64,000 nucleotides of DNA. Source: Spirochaetaceae bacterium (lineage in GTDB: Bacteria > Spirochaetota > Spirochaetia > Treponematales > Treponemataceae). A program made the position numbers and the translations under genes. The notes under the pieces are model-generated. The model searched no databases. It worked only from the letters and a program-made list of their open reading frames with translations, and was not told the DNA's origin. This document shows, piece by piece, positions 29,501 through 39,400 of the stretch (the stretch's first letter is position 1; each line of letters opens with the position of its first letter). The stretch covers positions 4,315-68,314 of the forward strand of contig JAGBFT010000032.1 in assembly GCA_017936345.1 (NCBI GenBank), read 5' to 3'.

Positions 29501-32500
29501 TACAAGTCCACCGATTGCGTCAGTTCCTCATTATAGGCTGTCACTGCCAACAATGAGTCAATTTGTTGTAAATCCAAAAGACTGTTTTCTTTCTCCTTCT
29601 GACGAGATTGGGGAAAAGCTTCTGTCAAACCTATAACCTCATAGCTGTATGGTTCGTCGCTGCAACCATACATGGTCGTAATCCACTGTTCTCCTAGACT
29701 TTGCAATTGATTCAATCTTTTGGCTCTGAATTCGCTAGGCCCCAGCATTTCCTTTACCCGCAGCCAGTCATTAGGATTCAGCAGGGAACTCCCATCTATA
29801 TCACGACACTGAGACAATAAATTTTCCAATTTAATCTGACTATTATCTTGAAGATAGTTGGCCTGCAATTCTTCCAATCCCAGTAGAAAGACCTGTTTTT
29901 CCAGGTTCAATCTTTTTCCACTTAAAATAAATTGAATATGAGAAATCTGTTCATTAGTATCGACTGGGACTGTTCCCTGGTGGGAATTCTCGTTGTTTTT
30001 CTCCAGTTGTTCGAGGTAGTCCAAGAATAAATTTTTTTCCTCCTCTTCCCACTGGGAATAAGTATCTGTAACTATAAATTGTTGGACAGTACCCAAATCC
30101 AACAGATTGCTTTCAAGCGCTTGTATATCATTTATCCCCTGCTGAATCGTGTTACGATAATCCAGGGTATCTTTATCCCAGTTGCTCTTGGCATCAGGAT
30201 TTTGAAGACACCAATGATGAACCATTGTTGTAAGCAACTGATTTAACACGGAATAAGCTCCACTATGTAAATTCATGCCGGCTTCTCTAAGTTTTTCTAT
30301 TGTGGATACGAGTTCATTCCATGTGGCATGGTTCCAAATATCTGTGTTTTCCAATAGGGTTTTGATTTCTTCCAAACTTGAACTATGTTTTTCGTTCAAT
30401 GTGGTTGCTTGCAGGTGACCAAAGGTGTCTCGTATCAACTGGTACTCGGCTGCCTCCGGTGCATTTTCCTCAACTAGCTTCCAAGACTCTGGTTCACCTT
30501 CGGTAAGAAAGACAAGGGCATCCTTGCGATATTGTAGTTCTTTACTACACTCACTGGATATATCCTTAATCTGTTGAATGAGAGCTTGAAGACTAGGTTC
30601 TTGTTGATTTGCAATATCATCATTCAATGCTTTCACCAGATTATTCAAGTTCCCACCTTCGCCTGTAAGCTCTGTGCTCTGCAAAACATCTTTTACAAAA
30701 GCTTCCAGCAACAGAAGGGTTTCCTGTAGTAAGGCTAGATTCTCCGAAGTCTGTAGACTCCCATTTTCTTCTGGTTCCGATTGTCCTTCCGGTACAGCCT
30801 CCTCCTTGGGAAAAAACACTGCAGAATCTAGGGATTGCAATTTTTCGATAATACTCCTACTAGTTTCTATCATTTCCTCCAACTGAATTTCTGTTTTTTC
30901 CCTAAAATTCCGAGGAATATTCTTTATCACCAAGTCCAATGTATCGTGAAAGGCAATATTTCCCGTTTCAAATTCCTTGAGGAAATAGGATTCTACCAAG
31001 TCACCTGTTTTTTCCTTTACTTCTTGAGAAAAAAAATCACTTAAACTGCCTAAAATTTTAACTATTTTCCCAACAACAATCTCCTTGTCAAGGCCCTTTT
31101 CTATTTCCTCAATGGCTATTATCTTATTTCTTATTTCAGCTATTTTTTTCTCACCTTCTTCTAGCTCTATTTGAATCTTATTCAATTGATTTGTCGCTTC
31201 CTTAAGGGAAATCAGATTTTCTTGGACAACCTGCTGCTGGTTTTTGTATCCCTCCAAGGCCTCTTGAAAAGCCACTTCACTTGCCATGAGTGCCTCTTGT
31301 GTTTCTGCAGCTGTTTGGGCAGAAGAAGTGATTGTGGTAGCATAGTCTTTAAGTTCCTGTGCAACCTCCAGCTCGCCTTGCCAATAGGATAAAACTCCCT
31401 CCAGCTGCTGAATTTCTGCATCCAAATCACTAGAGCTACCCTCAAAGGCAGTTGGGTCTAGGGCTTCAAGAAAATTCTTTGTAACAGTCTCAAGATTCAA
31501 AAATCCAGATGTAGCCAAGGTAAGCCACCCGTTATCCTGATGCAAAAGACTCCCACTACTTTCCCATAAGCTCAAATCAAAGGAAAGGCCAAGCATCTGT
31601 TCTATGATTGGATTGTTAAATTGGGATATAATTTGAGCCACAGGAGTATCCGGGGTATAGGACTCAGTTTTTTCAGCAATAGCCTTTAAAAGCGCCAAGC
31701 TGCCTGAATCAGCTTGTATTTTTGTCCGTAGATTTTCCAGTTTCCCTGCACTTGCATCTGTGGAAAAACCTCCCGTAGAAATGGTCGAGTTTCCGACACC
31801 TTTCATTTCCTCCAAGGTCGTTTTATCAGTCTCAAGCCTTGCCTCAAGACTCCGAATTGTATCATCAAGCTCTTCTTTGAACCATTCAATATAGGCTGCT
31901 TTCCATTGACTTATTTGTTGCTCCATTTTAGTTCTTGTGGTACTAGAGCTCATATGCTCCAAGTCTATAGTCCAGTTTCCATTGTTTTCAAGCGCAGCCA
32001 GGGCTTCATCCAGGCCTTCCAGCTCCCCAAAAGAAAACAATTGATTGTACCTTTGCGCATCTTCAGTTTTCCAATAGGAATAAACCCTTTTATATTTTTG
32101 AGCCCAATCACTGTACCAATTTTCAACACCAGTGTAACAGGAAGCCAACATGGTTCTCAGCTGATTATATATGGAGGAGGAAATCACTCCCAATTCTTCT
32201 TTCCGTTGAATTTCTTCCTGAAGAGAAAGAATGAGTTCTCTTTGAGCCTCTTGAATTTCCAGCTCCTGCTGCTCATGGGACTTGGACCACTCATCCATTC
32301 CCTTGTGAAACTCAGCGACAATCTTGTCTTCCCAATCTTGTCGAGCACGTCTAAGCTGCTGAAAAGCCTCAAGCCAGGCTGCCTCTCCTTCCTCATACAC
32401 TTCAATGGCATCCTGTTCCCACAAACTGCGCTGATACAAGAATTCTTCCTCTGCGGAATCCCATACTGCCAACCCCTCTTCCAATTGGACTTGGAAATTC

Positions 32501-33402
32501 CTTGCCCAATCTTCTCCAGAAAGCCGCATCTCTTCCACCTGCTGTGCATCAATCTCTTCCTCAAAATTGTCAAAAAGCTCTTGAAAGGAAATCTCCGTGG
32601 AAGCTTGGGCCTCTTGAATTAATTCCAGGGCAATACTATCTGCCGATTCTTTTGCACTAGCCACACGCAGAGATTTACGGTCATACAATAAGTCACCCAT
32701 CAAATCCATGGTTTCTGATTTCAAAATTAAATCGTATTCTGCAGAAAGATAGCTTTTGTAGCTGCCAATGGCCTTGGCCACCAATTCATTTGAAGTTTGC
32801 TCATCAAGACCAAGTCCCCTTATCTCATTCCGTAACAGGGCCTCATCAACAGCGGCTTCCTCCAAGTATTTTTGAACCAGCTCTTCGTTTGACTGCAGCC
32901 ACTGATTTTCAGCTTGGGAAGCCTGATTTTTATCTATCTGGCGGGTAAGGCTAACAGTTCCATCCGATTCCACTTGCTGAAACTGCCACTGACTTGTTCT
33001 TTTCTCCAAGTCTGAAGCAAACCGCTGAACATTGGGATTAGCCTCAGCTTTAAGAAGCTTATCCAAAAGCCATTCACCCAGCCGAATTTCAGTTGCTTTG
33101 CTTAAATCCTTCTGGATTGAATCCCTTTCCTTCTGCCATGTTTCTGGATCTTGCTCCAAAAGATAATTGGCAGCAGATTCCCAGGCAGCAAGGGCAACCA
33201 ACATTCCCTGTTCTGCCAGTTGTTGCCAGCGTTGTTGAGAACCCTCCAAATCAGCACGGTCTAGATATTGCTCCAAATATCTTTCACCAAGCTGACGACC
33301 AAGATACAGTTCCTGGGCAGGAACAATCATGGTTACTTGAACAAGCAGGATACAAAATGCAAGTATCCTGTACCAACTAAAGGTAGATTTCAAATCCTTC
33401 AT
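23539..33402 (-). CDS. 3287-aa exported coiled-coil polymorphic toxin with C-terminal M23 zinc peptidase domain
   Basis: Signal peptide (..MIVPA-QE); long helical body; Ala-rich hydrophobic segment; Gly-rich pre-toxin region; HRGVD (aa 3100), HL..V..GQ.V..LGKTGNSG and HSH (aa 3202). Confidence 0.85.
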   Translation of the reverse strand: MKDLKSTFSWYRILAFCILLVQVTMIVPAQELYLGRQLGERYLEQYLDRADLEGSQQRWQQLAEQGMLVALAAWESAANYLLEQDPETWQKERDSIQKDLSKATEIRLGEWLLDKLLKAEANPNVQRFASDLEKRTSQWQFQQVESDGTVSLTRQIDKNQASQAENQWLQSNEELVQKYLEEAAVDEALLRNEIRGLGLDEQTSNELVAKAIGSYKSYLSAEYDLILKSETMDLMGDLLYDRKSLRVASAKESADSIALELIQEAQASTEISFQELFDNFEEEIDAQQVEEMRLSGEDWARNFQVQLEEGLAVWDSAEEEFLYQRSLWEQDAIEVYEEGEAAWLEAFQQLRRARQDWEDKIVAEFHKGMDEWSKSHEQQELEIQEAQRELILSLQEEIQRKEELGVISSSIYNQLRTMLASCYTGVENWYSDWAQKYKRVYSYWKTEDAQRYNQLFSFGELEGLDEALAALENNGNWTIDLEHMSSSTTRTKMEQQISQWKAAYIEWFKEELDDTIRSLEARLETDKTTLEEMKGVGNSTISTGGFSTDASAGKLENLRTKIQADSGSLALLKAIAEKTESYTPDTPVAQIISQFNNPIIEQMLGLSFDLSLWESSGSLLHQDNGWLTLATSGFLNLETVTKNFLEALDPTAFEGSSSDLDAEIQQLEGVLSYWQGELEVAQELKDYATTITSSAQTAAETQEALMASEVAFQEALEGYKNQQQVVQENLISLKEATNQLNKIQIELEEGEKKIAEIRNKIIAIEEIEKGLDKEIVVGKIVKILGSLSDFFSQEVKEKTGDLVESYFLKEFETGNIAFHDTLDLVIKNIPRNFREKTEIQLEEMIETSRSIIEKLQSLDSAVFFPKEEAVPEGQSEPEENGSLQTSENLALLQETLLLLEAFVKDVLQSTELTGEGGNLNNLVKALNDDIANQQEPSLQALIQQIKDISSECSKELQYRKDALVFLTEGEPESWKLVEENAPEAAEYQLIRDTFGHLQATTLNEKHSSSLEEIKTLLENTDIWNHATWNELVSTIEKLREAGMNLHSGAYSVLNQLLTTMVHHWCLQNPDAKSNWDKDTLDYRNTIQQGINDIQALESNLLDLGTVQQFIVTDTYSQWEEEEKNLFLDYLEQLEKNNENSHQGTVPVDTNEQISHIQFILSGKRLNLEKQVFLLGLEELQANYLQDNSQIKLENLLSQCRDIDGSSLLNPNDWLRVKEMLGPSEFRAKRLNQLQSLGEQWITTMYGCSDEPYSYEVIGLTEAFPQSRQKEKENSLLDLQQIDSLLAVTAYNEELTQSVDLYMMMNSELQNLLNEKINFEEQVLIEEQESQKILESYKKAHAQIQEKMEMYQQSVEKEEVMHQAFVQSRLQHRIAQEKYQWATRIYLESVGNSSLQENSQDNLQYASPLRRYNDVLLVVNRYQNALDILSQMKNHQQMQGSEYLDQVDVYSKSLENAYLMEVILSQVFDAVVKQEEITRDAEIKDEMNVSKLFRDYESLMENKTDPGTEGMNTVALELIRIKKTGAGDYVFTLGYETVLQRTRFSGSSAEYYEYVTSKKTGTGDLDRNLLAEYLTNSSETLVRVDGPVQQTRAEVDVRQWLKDIYAKGDDYINNLLLASLHLKTYAPNGMDFLDGQSDIRNAGDFQADQVPEVRKFHSIDTKQRYNGERRDVVANAYNYILSRSGGENDLARYILYRETNLLNENNWRQKERDLVKWLALDGVKDELYDKQQEKIIEAVIAYASAAALAAAAACFQPWLWAAAAAATAVGIVATDAAISLGAAVDGIYDLMRGSKENVETETNRVNELLSGLIAGERNLEEQWRILNELYYGTGTTEDGQASATSSDGKPNLSSRSILTVLDKIFANNSLVNKKEYQDLLSPQLLDSTISQMVVSPEAPLKITDALQEVLNTLKVGLQEEEEKLAFQALNMEEASSIAMMNFHQIIEKSIIITEEDEQRLAQLEFMATDESLSTSQRQAAMEDFEKLYQSLDGMDGETQNQLARLAERAYGANGWNNLIHKKNIYNAAMSLYNSRVDIRKKTEDYTLWLQDLLISQGLAGWQDSAERMVDQSGHQWQLERDLLLRRQSLWEGEIMETLAAGKDSWQRVEESLNKRYSLWRRQFQQELEDRQAEWQDNHLNFLKSKEEWIQNSHKVAIQQGLVKASETVFPVNLEGIEEEIKYLGRAMESSISSEETEAAVDAILADSYLDDLINRASILTGFGNKGGSGIRKNRGSTSSLESHLLARQQVEKNTTLMTNLAERQAVSYGQKILEEVLASYMEGIDSKNQSMVDWQHHLARDAGYRVDGSIRRTVVVDATLFNPIKETQYLPMYQFFTTTSPQLREIDANPGKKAMLQLSLAQGELEQWGREILGTGGRLEEHIGEAPDLVGTPDPDGSKNAAFSDLGSGQMGAILVEYYWNSIQARKGMAELSLAGHDKRLFDDRGLPFTAPTLREVSEIAMNIVGSALGQDWLKYVDDVVFAGIDLGGGYKTAGEIGREVAIKAAGVAIGAGTNWAGNAISDITSTVGRATATAGLNLVSGALSTFSTTTLQSMDFDKIGSGDFFNREMFMSHIGNKSMWSSLVAGAASTGVSTYGSGVFGAMGAEANKFYGGAMSLATSAASTAASYGIHAAFNGGDWAGAYEAMGGISVNVASFGALADLVGSGIARNNSTGQNILGKVMDKLDGRGVMLNIGLDGVSAGIGSGGIDLSGNLYDLGKRALDKRSLESYTAAHGQEKGDAAWNNYVYGDWTQENTSARLASGLDQLELVEQAGFTARTTSNGVGGRLIQLVNSGNSYNSAIALGHESYRDGIIGTAEQQGSETLAATTAHTQMALRMLDDDKAIQMTENLDMDITAYKLSQGLGNEAIFAGYVAGSYDASADYWKLMDDGSITYDGHADLYDENGNLIYKTKSRGLEGSLVEIMYGGNATQEEVEKVRDLLEASFDHTTKSDDLANREHWYWNVESNYGKVIDVSKYEEIYNSRVLVDSTTGQTDTIRNLNPRTIYDKMVANGTMDKKPGDSMRSRLARMELRVETDPATVESLEFYENADGGYISYEEFKAKNYITGGMPVLNTRNTFVNRDITTFTGATGNLSVNPHRGVDGSVEADTDSLPLFQNETSKVVYASKGDLDDSNYQGRHVGVQTDVTYTFKGNSIVDELIYRTLHLSSVDVVEGQSVLFDTVLGKTGNSGKWGDSGYGNHSHEDIYTVRPSPYLNYLSDVAYTKAMGNYSPIKESESYGTYKDLYKGNEYDYIFHDNKYYYDRFIFADITQYKKRDSAHSYNKGE
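24731..24977 (-). repeat. Pre-toxin homology repeat, copy 1 (inside the giant gene)
   Basis: Matches 19909-20155 and 22396-22579. Confidence 0.95.
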
Positions 33403-36400
33403 CTATACCTCCTGTATATTTTTTACTGCAGGAAACAGCAGCAAACTAACAATGAGAGAGCCCGCCGTACCCCAAGCCATAAAAAAAGCAAGGGATGTGG
33501 CAAAGGTTCCACTTTCACTCAACAACAATGGAATTGAACCAATGATGGTGGAAAGCGAGGTCATTAAAATACTGGCAATCTTATCTTGAATATTTATCAC
33601 CATGTATTCTTTTGTAGACTGTATTAGATAAATTCCATTGTTTACAGCAAGACCTGAGACTAAAACCATACCCACAACATCACCGCTTTCCCAATTTTTT
33701 CCCAACAGGGCTAAAATGACCATGGGTAAGGCAAGGGATGCTGGAATAAGCAAGGAAACAAGAAGCGCTTCCAGGGGTTTTTCACGTAAGGCACAAAGAA
33801 TTAAAATAATCCCCATGACCACCAACAACAAGGCAAAGACCAATATCCTGTAGTGATGGAAGAGATCCTCAAGCTCTCTTGAAAAATGGTAGCTATATCC
33901 TCTATCAAGGGGCATGGTTTGTAAAAAGTCTTCAACTTGTTTTTTTGCGTCCTGGGTGCTGCCACCCATAACCTGAAGGGTAAAATAAGCGCAGGGGCTA
34001 CCATTGAGCCGATACAGGGTTCCATCCCCCGGTTGAAGTTCTATCCTTGTAAGGGCTGAAAGCGGCAGCCCCCCTGCACCGCCACTAGAACCAACCTTAC
34101 CAGACTCTACGATTGGTATGGTCAAGGAAGTAAGCTGCGATAGATTGAGCTTCGGCTGCTCTTTGGCAGATTCCGTTTTTTTAAGGTCATCCAGGGCAAA
34201 ATTTGCCCCCAGAGACTCCTCATCTTCAGAAACCAGTCCAATTACACGAATATCCTCTTCACCAGTATCTTGTATCCATTTATCCACTACAGGACCAAAA
34301 ATCAACCACCTCAGGGACTGGGCTACCTGATCAAGATTTAATCCCACACGAGCGAGCTCCTGTCTTAGGGGTTTAACAAGAACTAGTGTCTCCTCTTCCT
34401 TAAAGTTCATTACCCCCTGGACAAAGCTTTTTATTCCTCCACTTTTTTCCACACAGTGACGGGCATACCCGCGACATTTTTTTGCCTCATCACCTACCAC
34501 AGCCACTTGTATTTCATGCACCTTTTTCCCCTCGTATTCCTGCCAGTTGAGATGAAGGTAGCCGGAATCAAGATGACTGGAAATTTCTTTTATGGACTGT
34601 GTTATCTTTTGAAGAAAAGCCTTGTCATTATCTGGTTTGAGCCCAATCTCAAGACGACAAACCCCTGTCGTTATGCGACTTGTTACAAAGGTAATTCCCT
34701 GTAAATCCTGCACCTGTTGAACAAAATCCTGAACTTCCCTGTCAATCACAGCGGGAGCTGTATCTGTGGGATACTCTACAGAGGCGGTTAAAAAAGAAGG
34801 ACTATCCGCTAGGGTTAAGTTTTTTTCTGTGGTCAAAGCAAAAATTAGGGGGAGACAGGATAGACCACAAAGGAGGGCCAGAGAAGTTTTTCTTATTCTT
34901 CTTGTTATTTCACAAAGAGAAACACATCTTTTTACAAAAACTCTTTCCACAGGATAATAAAACAGCTGGGAAAAGAGTAAAAATCGACCCTGTCCTCCAA
35001 TTTCCAAGAAAACAGGGAGAAAAAATCCACCTAAAATCAAGGAATTCATAACCATCAATCCCATGGTAATAGCTATATCCCTAATTCCCCCCACTATATG
35101 GTCAAGAAAATACAATGGAATAAAAACAAATATGGTGGTAAGACTTGAAACCACCATGCTCATTTGCAAAGATGGCAGTTGGGAAAAAAAACCATTCTTT
35201 GTCCCTGTAATCCCCTGATTTCCCCACCTTCTTTGATTCCAAAATTCTGCCATAACAAAGGCTGTGTCTGCCACTATACCCAATGCAATGGTTATACCGC
35301 TTAGGGTGTGCCGGTTTAGGGAAAAGCCTAGCAGAGCAAGTTGTCCACAGGTCCAAAGAACTGTGGTGGGAAGGAAGAACAAGAGTAAAACTGTTATTCT
35401 GCCTTGAGGAAAAAAGGCTGGAACCAAAAGTAAAATGAGAAGCAGAGATTGAACCAGGGCAATAACGATATTTCTAATAATTTGAGCCAAATCGTTTCCC
35501 CTGTCGTAGAGTATCCTATAATCATCTTCAGACAGGTGGCTTTCATCAAGGATTTGGCGGCAGCGACGGGAGATTTCCAGAATATTGCCGTCATAACTAG
35601 GTTTTATCAATACAGAAAGACATTCCTCTCCGTTTAATCGGACAATTTCTTCAGGAGGCCGCTGACGGCGAACAACCTGGGCAAAGTGCTGAAATTGTGC
35701 CACACCTTTTCCCGTTTGAATGGGAAGCTGACGGATATGGTCAAGCTCTTTAATTTGAGTGCGAAAAACCAAGGGAGTGTTTTTTCCCCTTCCCTGCAAC
35801 CAAGTACCCTGGGGTATTCCATTGGCCTCCTGAATGATTTGACCCAGAGCCAGGGGATTTATATTTCCTGCCGCCATCCTGTCTGGATTAAACTGAAGGA
35901 GAATCTCATCAACACCGCCGCCTGCCACCACAACCTGAGCCACGCCCTCCACTGATTCAAATAGGGGCTTCAGATTGTTTTCCAAATAGCCTCGCAAGCC
36001 CTGACCTTTTTCCCCAGCTGGAACAGCAATATTCATTACAGAATCATTCCCCCAGGAACCAGAAGAAGAGTAGATTCGTGGCTTTTGAACCCCCTCGGGG
36101 AGGGCTTCATACAGGCTATTAACCTTGTCCCGCAAGCCGAGGTAAACTGTTTTCTGGTTTTCAGTGGGAAAAAAGTAAAAGATGCCGGACAGGTGACCAT
36201 ACTGACACTGAATTTCCATATCAAGTATTCCGGGAAGGCTCATAACTGCCTCCTCCAGCTTAAGGGCAATCAAATCCTCCATGGTTTTTGCGTCCATGCC
36301 AAAATATTCAAATTCTACAGAAAAAATATGATAGGAGGAGCCGGAGGATTGCCCCAACTCCATGTCTTTGGAAGAAAAGGCCAAGACAAGACTTATGGAG

Positions 36401-36450
36401 GCAAACATAAAAAACACTAGAACGGGACGTTGATACCAATTTTTATTCAT
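33403..36450 (-). CDS. RND (AcrB/CusA-type) permease 2
   Basis: LPEGVQKP, VEGVAQVVVAGG, RLNGEE, GIVADTA (TM4), GLAVNNGI, ILMTSLST; stop abuts the toxin ATG. Confidence 0.88.
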   Translation of the reverse strand: MNKNWYQRPVLVFFMFASISLVLAFSSKDMELGQSSGSSYHIFSVEFEYFGMDAKTMEDLIALKLEEAVMSLPGILDMEIQCQYGHLSGIFYFFPTENQKTVYLGLRDKVNSLYEALPEGVQKPRIYSSSGSWGNDSVMNIAVPAGEKGQGLRGYLENNLKPLFESVEGVAQVVVAGGGVDEILLQFNPDRMAAGNINPLALGQIIQEANGIPQGTWLQGRGKNTPLVFRTQIKELDHIRQLPIQTGKGVAQFQHFAQVVRRQRPPEEIVRLNGEECLSVLIKPSYDGNILEISRRCRQILDESHLSEDDYRILYDRGNDLAQIIRNIVIALVQSLLLILLLVPAFFPQGRITVLLLFFLPTTVLWTCGQLALLGFSLNRHTLSGITIALGIVADTAFVMAEFWNQRRWGNQGITGTKNGFFSQLPSLQMSMVVSSLTTIFVFIPLYFLDHIVGGIRDIAITMGLMVMNSLILGGFFLPVFLEIGGQGRFLLFSQLFYYPVERVFVKRCVSLCEITRRIRKTSLALLCGLSCLPLIFALTTEKNLTLADSPSFLTASVEYPTDTAPAVIDREVQDFVQQVQDLQGITFVTSRITTGVCRLEIGLKPDNDKAFLQKITQSIKEISSHLDSGYLHLNWQEYEGKKVHEIQVAVVGDEAKKCRGYARHCVEKSGGIKSFVQGVMNFKEEETLVLVKPLRQELARVGLNLDQVAQSLRWLIFGPVVDKWIQDTGEEDIRVIGLVSEDEESLGANFALDDLKKTESAKEQPKLNLSQLTSLTIPIVESGKVGSSGGAGGLPLSALTRIELQPGDGTLYRLNGSPCAYFTLQVMGGSTQDAKKQVEDFLQTMPLDRGYSYHFSRELEDLFHHYRILVFALLLVVMGIILILCALREKPLEALLVSLLIPASLALPMVILALLGKNWESGDVVGMVLVSGLAVNNGIYLIQSTKEYMVINIQDKIASILMTSLSTIIGSIPLLLSESGTFATSLAFFMAWGTAGSLIVSLLLFPAVKNIQEV

Positions 36451-39400
36451 ATTTTTCCCCTTTTTTCCTACTGAGAATTTCACCGTAAAAGGCAAAAATT
36501 ATAGGAACCGTTACCAACACAAGCAGCATGGAAAGTGAAAGCCCTCCCACAATGGCCACTGCCATGGAAGCCTGATTATTGGTTCCCATCGGGTCTATGG
36601 CAAAGGGGAAAAGAGCAAAAATAGTGGTAGAATTTGTCAGCAGCAAGGTTTGCAGTTTTGAAACGGAGGCTTTTACAATGGCAGAAGGAGAAAAGCCCCC
36701 CTGTTGCAAGACACTCTCATAAAGAATTATGCCATTGTTGACCGCTGTTCCAAAAAGCACCACCAGGGCAATTACTGTATTCATAGAAAATGTATGACCA
36801 GTTAGAAGGGTTAGGATTACGGCTCCACAAAGGGCTGGAGGCAAGGTGGCTAAAAGCAAGAGGGGAATAAGGAAGGATTCAAATTGGGAGCCCATTACAA
36901 AATAAAGCAATAACAAAGCCACAATTAGCAAAACAAGACCATTTGCCACCATTTCCTTGCTTTCTTCCTCTTGAACATTCACTAGTTTTACAGGCTCATT
37001 TTGTGCCAATTTGTCAAATTCCCCTGCCACTCCTTCTTGCAAGGCTTCTTTTTCTGGATACAAAATCACCGCCGGCTGCCTATTGTGCCTAAAAAGTATT
37101 TCTCTGGCAGGAGTTTCTTTAAAGGAACCCAGCAGACTCAATGGAACCCGTAGAGATTCAAGCTGTACATTTAGAGCGGCAAGTTCACTTGCAGTCCGCT
37201 GATGCCCTTCCTCCAGCTGAACCCGCAGGGGAATTCGTCTTCCATCCAAAAAGAAGGGAGAAGCCAAAATGCCGGCCACAAGATGATGGGTTGCCGTAGC
37301 GATTTCCAATCCATTGGTAGAAAACCGAGAGGCAGCCAACCTGTCAGGCTCAAATACCAACTGATTTCTCTGATTTTGCCCGGACATTTCCATGAGCTTT
37401 TCATTTACGAGGGGTGGAACAATTCTAAATTGGGAAAATAAGTCTGCCTTTTCTTCCAGTATTTTTCTGTCTTCCCCAGAATCCAAGAGGGTTAAAACAT
37501 AGGACTCTTCACTAATATGCAAAATCTTTGATAAAACATCTTGATTTTTTAAGACTGTTACATGGAGATTTCTTCCTTCTAGCAAGCTTTTAAAATCTTC
37601 ATAATTAAATTTAAGGTTTTTGGGAGGACAAATCATTATTTGTAAAATAAAGGGATTTTGTTCCGGTTGAGATAAATCTTGAAAATGAGAAGACTCGAGT
37701 CCACCAAAAATTGCCACTTCCATCATTCCCTGATTTTCTAGAATATGATGGATTTCACCAGAAACTCTTTCCATAGAGGAAATGCTTGAACCCAAGGGAA
37801 AATTAATTTGGAGATGCACCCTATCCTCTTTAATTTCTGGCAAAAGTCTATATTCAAGCAAGAAAAGACAGGCTGCAGACACCAGGATACAAAGTCCAAG
37901 GGGAAGGAAAATCAACTTTTTTCTACTGATGATTCTCTGTAAAAAAATCCCATATTTTTCTTCAAGTACGGTTACAAACCTGCGGTTTTGCTGAATAATT
38001 GTACCATTGCTCCCATCCACAGAAGGTTCCAATTGACTTGACAATGCTCTAAGTTTTTTTGCTGCAATGAATTGGTATAATGATGGAATATAGGAAAGGG
38101 AAAGGATACAAGAGGCGGCGATGGCTGCAATTACCCCAAGAGCAAGGTCCAGAAAAAGTTCTCCCAGTAAGCCATCTAAAAAAAACAGGGGCAAAAACAC
38201 TATCCCAGTGGTCAGGGCAGAGCCTGTATTGGACAGGGCAACCTCCAAGGTACCCTCCACCATTAGATTTTTTACTGGGTCTGGGATTGACCTTGTGACT
38301 GTGGAGGCAGCAATCGCTCTATTAGAAAGGGGACTTGTTTCCAAGGAAGATAAAGACAGGGCCTTGAGCTTTTGATTGAGATTCTCCAAAACAACAGTAC
38401 CGGCATCTACCACCATACCAATTCCCACTGCCATTCCGCAAAGGGACATCAGATTTAATGTCCGACCTGCAAGGGACAAGACCAAAATCACATGGATTCC
38501 ACAGAGGGGAATAAGGCTAGCCAAAAGAATAGATACCTTCCAACACCGCAAAAAGAACAAAATTACGGCGGCGGCTACCACCACTCCCACAAGGCACGAA
38601 ATCCCGAGGGAAACCAGGGAGTCTCGTACCTCTTGTGACAGGTCTTTTATGACAATGAACTCATAAAAATCCCCATATTGCCGCCGCAACTGATTGATTT
38701 CGTCATAAACCTGTTGGGAAAGTCTCACAGGACTGGCATCATCTCTTTTGGAAAGACTCAAACAAAGAGCTTCTTTTCCCCCATAGAAAAAAAAGCTTTC
38801 CTTTTCCTCGCTTCCTAATTCTACCTGAGCAACATCTGAAAGTCTTACCAAGCCAAGGTCTTCATACAGTAGGGGCAAATCCTCCAGGTGTTCAATTTCT
38901 TCATATAAGCCAAGGGTTTTGACCAAAAATTCCTTGTCGCCCTCAGCAATTGTTCCCACAGGATATTGGAAATTTGAACTACTGATTCTTTCACTGATGT
39001 ATTCAAGGGAAAGTTTCTTCGCTTCCATGGCATCGTAGTCCACTAAAACCTGTACCTCCTCCTTTTCCCCGCCTACGAGCTGCACGCCACCACAGGATTC
39101 CAGCCGCTGGAAACGACCCTTTATATCCTTTTCCACAAGGTATCTTCCGTACCTGAGGTCTCCATCCCTGGGAATAATTGCCACCATCATGGCTTCTCCA
39201 AGGCTTGATGGAAGAATAACCTGGGGTTTTTCACACTGGGAAGGAAGTTGATGGTAACAAAGGTCTATAAGTTCCCTACATTCCACCAAGGCAAGGTCAA
39301 TGTCAGTTCCCCAATGGAGCTCCAGATTTATCAAGGAAAGACCAGAACGAGTGACAGACTTAGATAATTTTAATCCCTGCAAGGATGCCAAGCCCTCTTC

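Noticed and set aside
23539-33402. Phage tape-measure protein (Trp periodicity)
   Set aside because: No phage genes nearby; has a signal peptide and an immunity/cassette context
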